Shown here in pieces: positions 61,105-64,000 of a stretch of 64,000 nucleotides of DNA. The stretch lies in the IMG/VR virus record IMGVR_UViG_3300046167_000585, positions 3,310 to 67,309 of that record; one strand, given 5' to 3'. The translations under genes and the position numbers were made by a program. The stretch's first letter is position 1. The number at the start of each line of letters is the position of its first letter. The notes below the pieces were generated by a model, which worked only from the letters and a program-made list of their open reading frames with translations, searched no databases and had not been told where the DNA came from. The stretch comes from a virus.

Positions 61105-61710
61105 ATGAATGCAATTACTACACCTATATTTAGTAAACCTATATATGAAAAATTAATAGATTTAGATATTAAAAAAGTTGTATCTATGATTGATACATCA
61201 AAAAGAACTGGAACAAAAATAACTGCAAATGGTTTACATGTATTAGATGATAAAAAACTTCAATTTTTAAAAGATATTCTTTTAAAAGAGTTTTATTATT
61301 ATGCTTGGGATACAATGAAATATACTAATAATGATTTTGAAATTACTACATCTTGGTTTACTCAAGTAGAACCAACTAAAAGTAGCGAATTTCATAATCA
61401 TACTAATTGTTTTATGAGTGGTGTTTTATATTTACAAACTACTCCTAATAGTGGTGACATTATATTTCAAGAATTTGGAAATAAAGCTTTTAATTTACTT
61501 CCTAGTGAGTTTAATTTATATAATAGTAAAGAATGGATTTATAAGCCACAAAATGGTTTATTACTATTATTTCCAAGTGAACTCTATCATAAAGTTAAAG
61601 AAAATAAATCTAAACATCTAAGGCATTCTTTAGCATTTAATGTTATGCCTACAGGACTATTAGGTGATAAAAGAAAAGATAGCCATAGTAAAGTAGAATC
61701 ATGGAAGTAA
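61105..61710 (+). CDS. 2OG-Fe(II) oxygenase-like protein (TIGR02466/2OG-FeII_Oxy_5 type)
   Basis: HNH..SGVLY, LLLFPSELYHKV, RHSLAFN. Confidence 0.85.
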   Translation: MNAITTPIFSKPIYEKLIDLDIKKVVSMIDTSKRTGTKITANGLHVLDDKKLQFLKDILLKEFYYYAWDTMKYTNNDFEITTSWFTQVEPTKSSEFHNHTNCFMSGVLYLQTTPNSGDIIFQEFGNKAFNLLPSEFNLYNSKEWIYKPQNGLLLLFPSELYHKVKENKSKHLRHSLAFNVMPTGLLGDKRKDSHSKVESWK

Positions 61711-62141
61711 CATTTAACATAATACCTGTTCCTGCTAGTAGACCTAGAGTTACACGATGGTCTACATATTATGGCAAGAAATACACTCAATTTAAAAAAG
61801 ATATGTATGCACTTACTGCAGATCTTAAAACTATACCTATGACAGGCAATATATTTGCTGAATTACAATTTAATGTACCAATACCTAAGTCTTGGTCTAA
61901 GAAAAAGAAAGAAGCTAAAAATGGGGCATATTGTGACAATCATGCTGATATTGATAACTATTGTAAAGCTATACTAGATTCACTTAATAATGTTTATTAT
62001 GAAGATGACAAACAGATAGTAATGTTAAAAGCTACAATGTTATGGGCAACAGAGCCTAGCATAAAATGTACATTTACAGAACTAGAAGATAAAGCTAGAC
62101 CTGCACCTATGCCACCTATGAGTCCATTTGGAGATAATTAA
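61701..62141 (+). CDS. rusA: RusA-family Holliday junction resolvase
   Basis: PASRPRV, DIDNYCKAILDSLN, EDDKQIV. Confidence 0.9.
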   Translation: MEVTFNIIPVPASRPRVTRWSTYYGKKYTQFKKDMYALTADLKTIPMTGNIFAELQFNVPIPKSWSKKKKEAKNGAYCDNHADIDNYCKAILDSLNNVYYEDDKQIVMLKATMLWATEPSIKCTFTELEDKARPAPMPPMSPFGDN

Positions 62142-62311
62142 TGAAGTTGACAAAAGAACAGCTATGCGAAGCATTAGCTTTAGATTATGCAGATAGAGCA
62201 AGCAGAGGAGGCTTAAATTATGATGACGCTTACGAGCGTTATATCTCTAGATGTAAGCAAAGACCGTTAGAAGAACTAGAACAGCAATATAAAGTACAAG
62301 GATTAAGTTAA
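62141..62311 (+). CDS. Small hypothetical protein (56 aa)
   Basis: MKLTKEQLCEALALDYADRA...; TAATG coupling, GGAG RBS. Confidence 0.6.
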   Translation: MKLTKEQLCEALALDYADRASRGGLNYDDAYERYISRCKQRPLEELEQQYKVQGLS

Positions 62312-62354
62312 TTTTATGATAGAATAAAATATATCTATTCTTAAGGAGACTTTT

Positions 62355-62561
62355 ATGTCAAGAAGACAAAATGCAATTATAGGAAATTCTAGTAGAAATT
62401 TAGATGGAGAGTATCCTGAAACAAAAGTAAAACCTTTAAAAAAAATAACTAGGTCAACTTCTCGTCCATACCAAGAAACAGATACTGGACCTGGACTTAT
62501 GATGGCGACTGGTTCAAACACAAGACGTACTAAACCTAGAAATAACAAAAAAGAGAGTTAA
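62355..62561 (+). CDS. Small basic disordered protein
   Basis: 68 aa; AAGGAG RBS. Confidence 0.6.
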   Translation: MSRRQNAIIGNSSRNLDGEYPETKVKPLKKITRSTSRPYQETDTGPGLMMATGSNTRRTKPRNNKKES

Positions 62562-62707
62562 TACCCTAGTCTCCCTGAAAGTGTATTTCAGATTTGACTA
62601 GTTTTTTGCTAAGTCGTTAACGGATTTCAACTTAGTCTTGTTCCTAGTCAAATTTTTCAACGGTACGGCTACTATCGTATACACATGTAGTCATTATTGG
62701 AGAGAGT

Positions 62708-62863
62708 ATGGCAAAAGCAAAGTTAGGTAGTGGTAAACGATTCAAAGCTTTAAAGAAAAAAGTAGGCAGTGCAGCACTCGCAGCACACATAGGTCGAAAG
62801 AAATATGGCAAAGCCAAATTCCAAAAACTTGCAGCCGCAGGTAGAAAACGTAAGAAAAAGTAG
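62708..62863 (+). CDS. Small highly basic protein (51 aa)
   Basis: MAKAKLGSGKRFKALKKKVGSAALAAHIGRKKYGKAKFQKLAAAGRKRKKK; GGAG RBS. Confidence 0.7.
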   Translation: MAKAKLGSGKRFKALKKKVGSAALAAHIGRKKYGKAKFQKLAAAGRKRKKK

Positions 62864-63028
62864 TTTCTATACGTTAGGGCATATATTTTTTCAGTACTAC
62901 ATTTAGTGCTTCCAACTGATTAAGTAGTGTCCTAACTTATAGGAGACGCTAGTCCTAGAGGCTAGCAAGGCTACAGCCTGAGTAAGCTAAATAGTCTATA
63001 TAAAAAGTGCTTATATCTTATTTTATAG

Positions 63029-63043
63029 CGGTGCTCCGCACCG
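63029..63043 (+). promoter_or_regulatory. N4 vRNAP-type hairpin promoter (GGA triloop on template)
   Basis: CGGTGC-TCC-GCACCG then TATTT, upstream of SSB gene. Confidence 0.7.
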
Positions 63044-63120
63044 TATTTAACCAATCTATAGAGGGTTCTGTTACTACCTTTATAGATTTTTATTCACAGT
63101 AACTAAGGGAGATTTGTATT

Positions 63121-63822
63121 ATGGGCAAGTTTAGTATGCACGATGATATAAAATTAAAAGAAACTTCACTAGGTGGAGGCTCATATTTGTGGGACTCTGG
63201 CGTATATAAAACAATAGTAGATATGGCATACTTTGACCAATCAAAAGGCGGAGCTCATTCATTGAATGTAACTTTGTTAGGCGAAGATGGTAAGAAGTTA
63301 AAACAAACTATTTGGTTTACTAATCGCAAAGAAGAAGTGCACTTTATAAACCAAAAAGGTGAGAAAGACTATTTACCTGGCTATACACTAGCTAACAACC
63401 TGGCTCTAATCATTACAGGCGAAGATATTAATGAAGCGTTTGAGAATAGTGAAAAGAAAATGGTTAACGTCTATGACTTTAATGAGAAGAAAGAAAAACC
63501 AACAGAGAAGAGCGTAGCTACTTCTTTATTAGGTAAGCAAGTTAAAGCCGCAGTCCTAAAGCAAACTGTCAATAAGAGAGTTAATGACGGTACTGGTAAC
63601 TATGTAGACTCTGCTGAAACTAGAGATGAAAATCAGTTGAAAGAATTTTATTTTCCAGATTCTGATCTAACTGTAGTTGAGAAAGCTAAAGATGCTACTG
63701 AAGCATTAATGATGCCTAAATGGGCAGAGCGTAACACAGGCAAGACTCTTAACAGAGTTAAAGAAGTTACAGGTTCTACATCTGCAGCTGCAAAGCCAGC
63801 AGGTAAGAAGCTATTCAATTAA
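63121..63822 (+). CDS. N4-type single-stranded DNA-binding protein (gp45-like; late transcription activator)
   Basis: LGGG..SGVY..AY..SKGGA, YLPGY, VNVYDF.EKKE, GNYV..ETR..N, KW.E.N.G, C-terminal KKLF. Confidence 0.9.
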   Translation: MGKFSMHDDIKLKETSLGGGSYLWDSGVYKTIVDMAYFDQSKGGAHSLNVTLLGEDGKKLKQTIWFTNRKEEVHFINQKGEKDYLPGYTLANNLALIITGEDINEAFENSEKKMVNVYDFNEKKEKPTEKSVATSLLGKQVKAAVLKQTVNKRVNDGTGNYVDSAETRDENQLKEFYFPDSDLTVVEKAKDATEALMMPKWAERNTGKTLNRVKEVTGSTSAAAKPAGKKLFN

Positions 63823-63830
63823 GGAGTACT

Positions 63831-64000
63831 ATGATTATTAAATTAAACAACAATGATATTCATGGTGCTATTAGAGGACTTCTACAAGATAAGAATATTA
63901 TCGATAGCTATACTGATATAGAAACTACTATAACAGTAGGCAGAGGTGCTAATGCAGGTGTTACTGCAGAAGTTACTATAGTCGATAAAGACGAAACATC
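63831..64000 (+). CDS. N4 gp46-like protein, truncated at window edge
   Basis: MIIKLNNNDIHGAI..GRGANAGVTAEVTI; follows SSB; AAGGAG RBS. Confidence 0.6.
   Translation, partial: MIIKLNNNDIHGAIRGLLQDKNIIDSYTDIETTITVGRGANAGVTAEVTIVDKDET

Noticed and set aside
1-64000. Alternative genetic code / stop-codon readthrough
   Set aside because: Breaks are frame changes rather than in-frame stops; TAA, TAG and TGA all terminate normal genes.
45359-64000. Absence of nucleotide-metabolism genes and rIIA/rIIB as genome streamlining
   Set aside because: Window is incomplete; these genes could lie in the unseen part.

Overview
AT-rich genome segment of a lytic N4-like podophage (Schitoviridae-like; accessory genes look marine), apparently assembled across its termini. 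Left arm (minus strand, 1-42975) is the late/virion region: giant virion RNA polymerase (runs off the left edge), ejection/structural proteins, major capsid, portal, a large fibre-gene array, head-tail adaptor and terminase. Right arm (plus strand, 43432-64000) is early/middle: hairpin-promoter-driven early genes, a single-chain (fused) N4 RNAP II, helicase, MoxR/VWA pair, family A DNA polymerase, nuclease, primase, AAA ATPase, 2OG-Fe(II) oxygenase, RusA and N4-type SSB. Eight apparent frameshifts in vRNAP, portal, DNA polymerase and primase are all single-base insertions (7 in homopolymers) and are treated as sequencing errors. Most striking: (1) a hierarchical 3-stem x 3-branch fibre array with shuffled tip domains, each tip type having its own small partner gene; (2) a six-gene exported pilin/chaperone-like cassette inserted in the capsid operon; (3) a fused RNAP II; (4) two classes of hairpin promoter and densely structured non-coding tracts. 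All family assignments are by eye from motifs and synteny; no searches were run.
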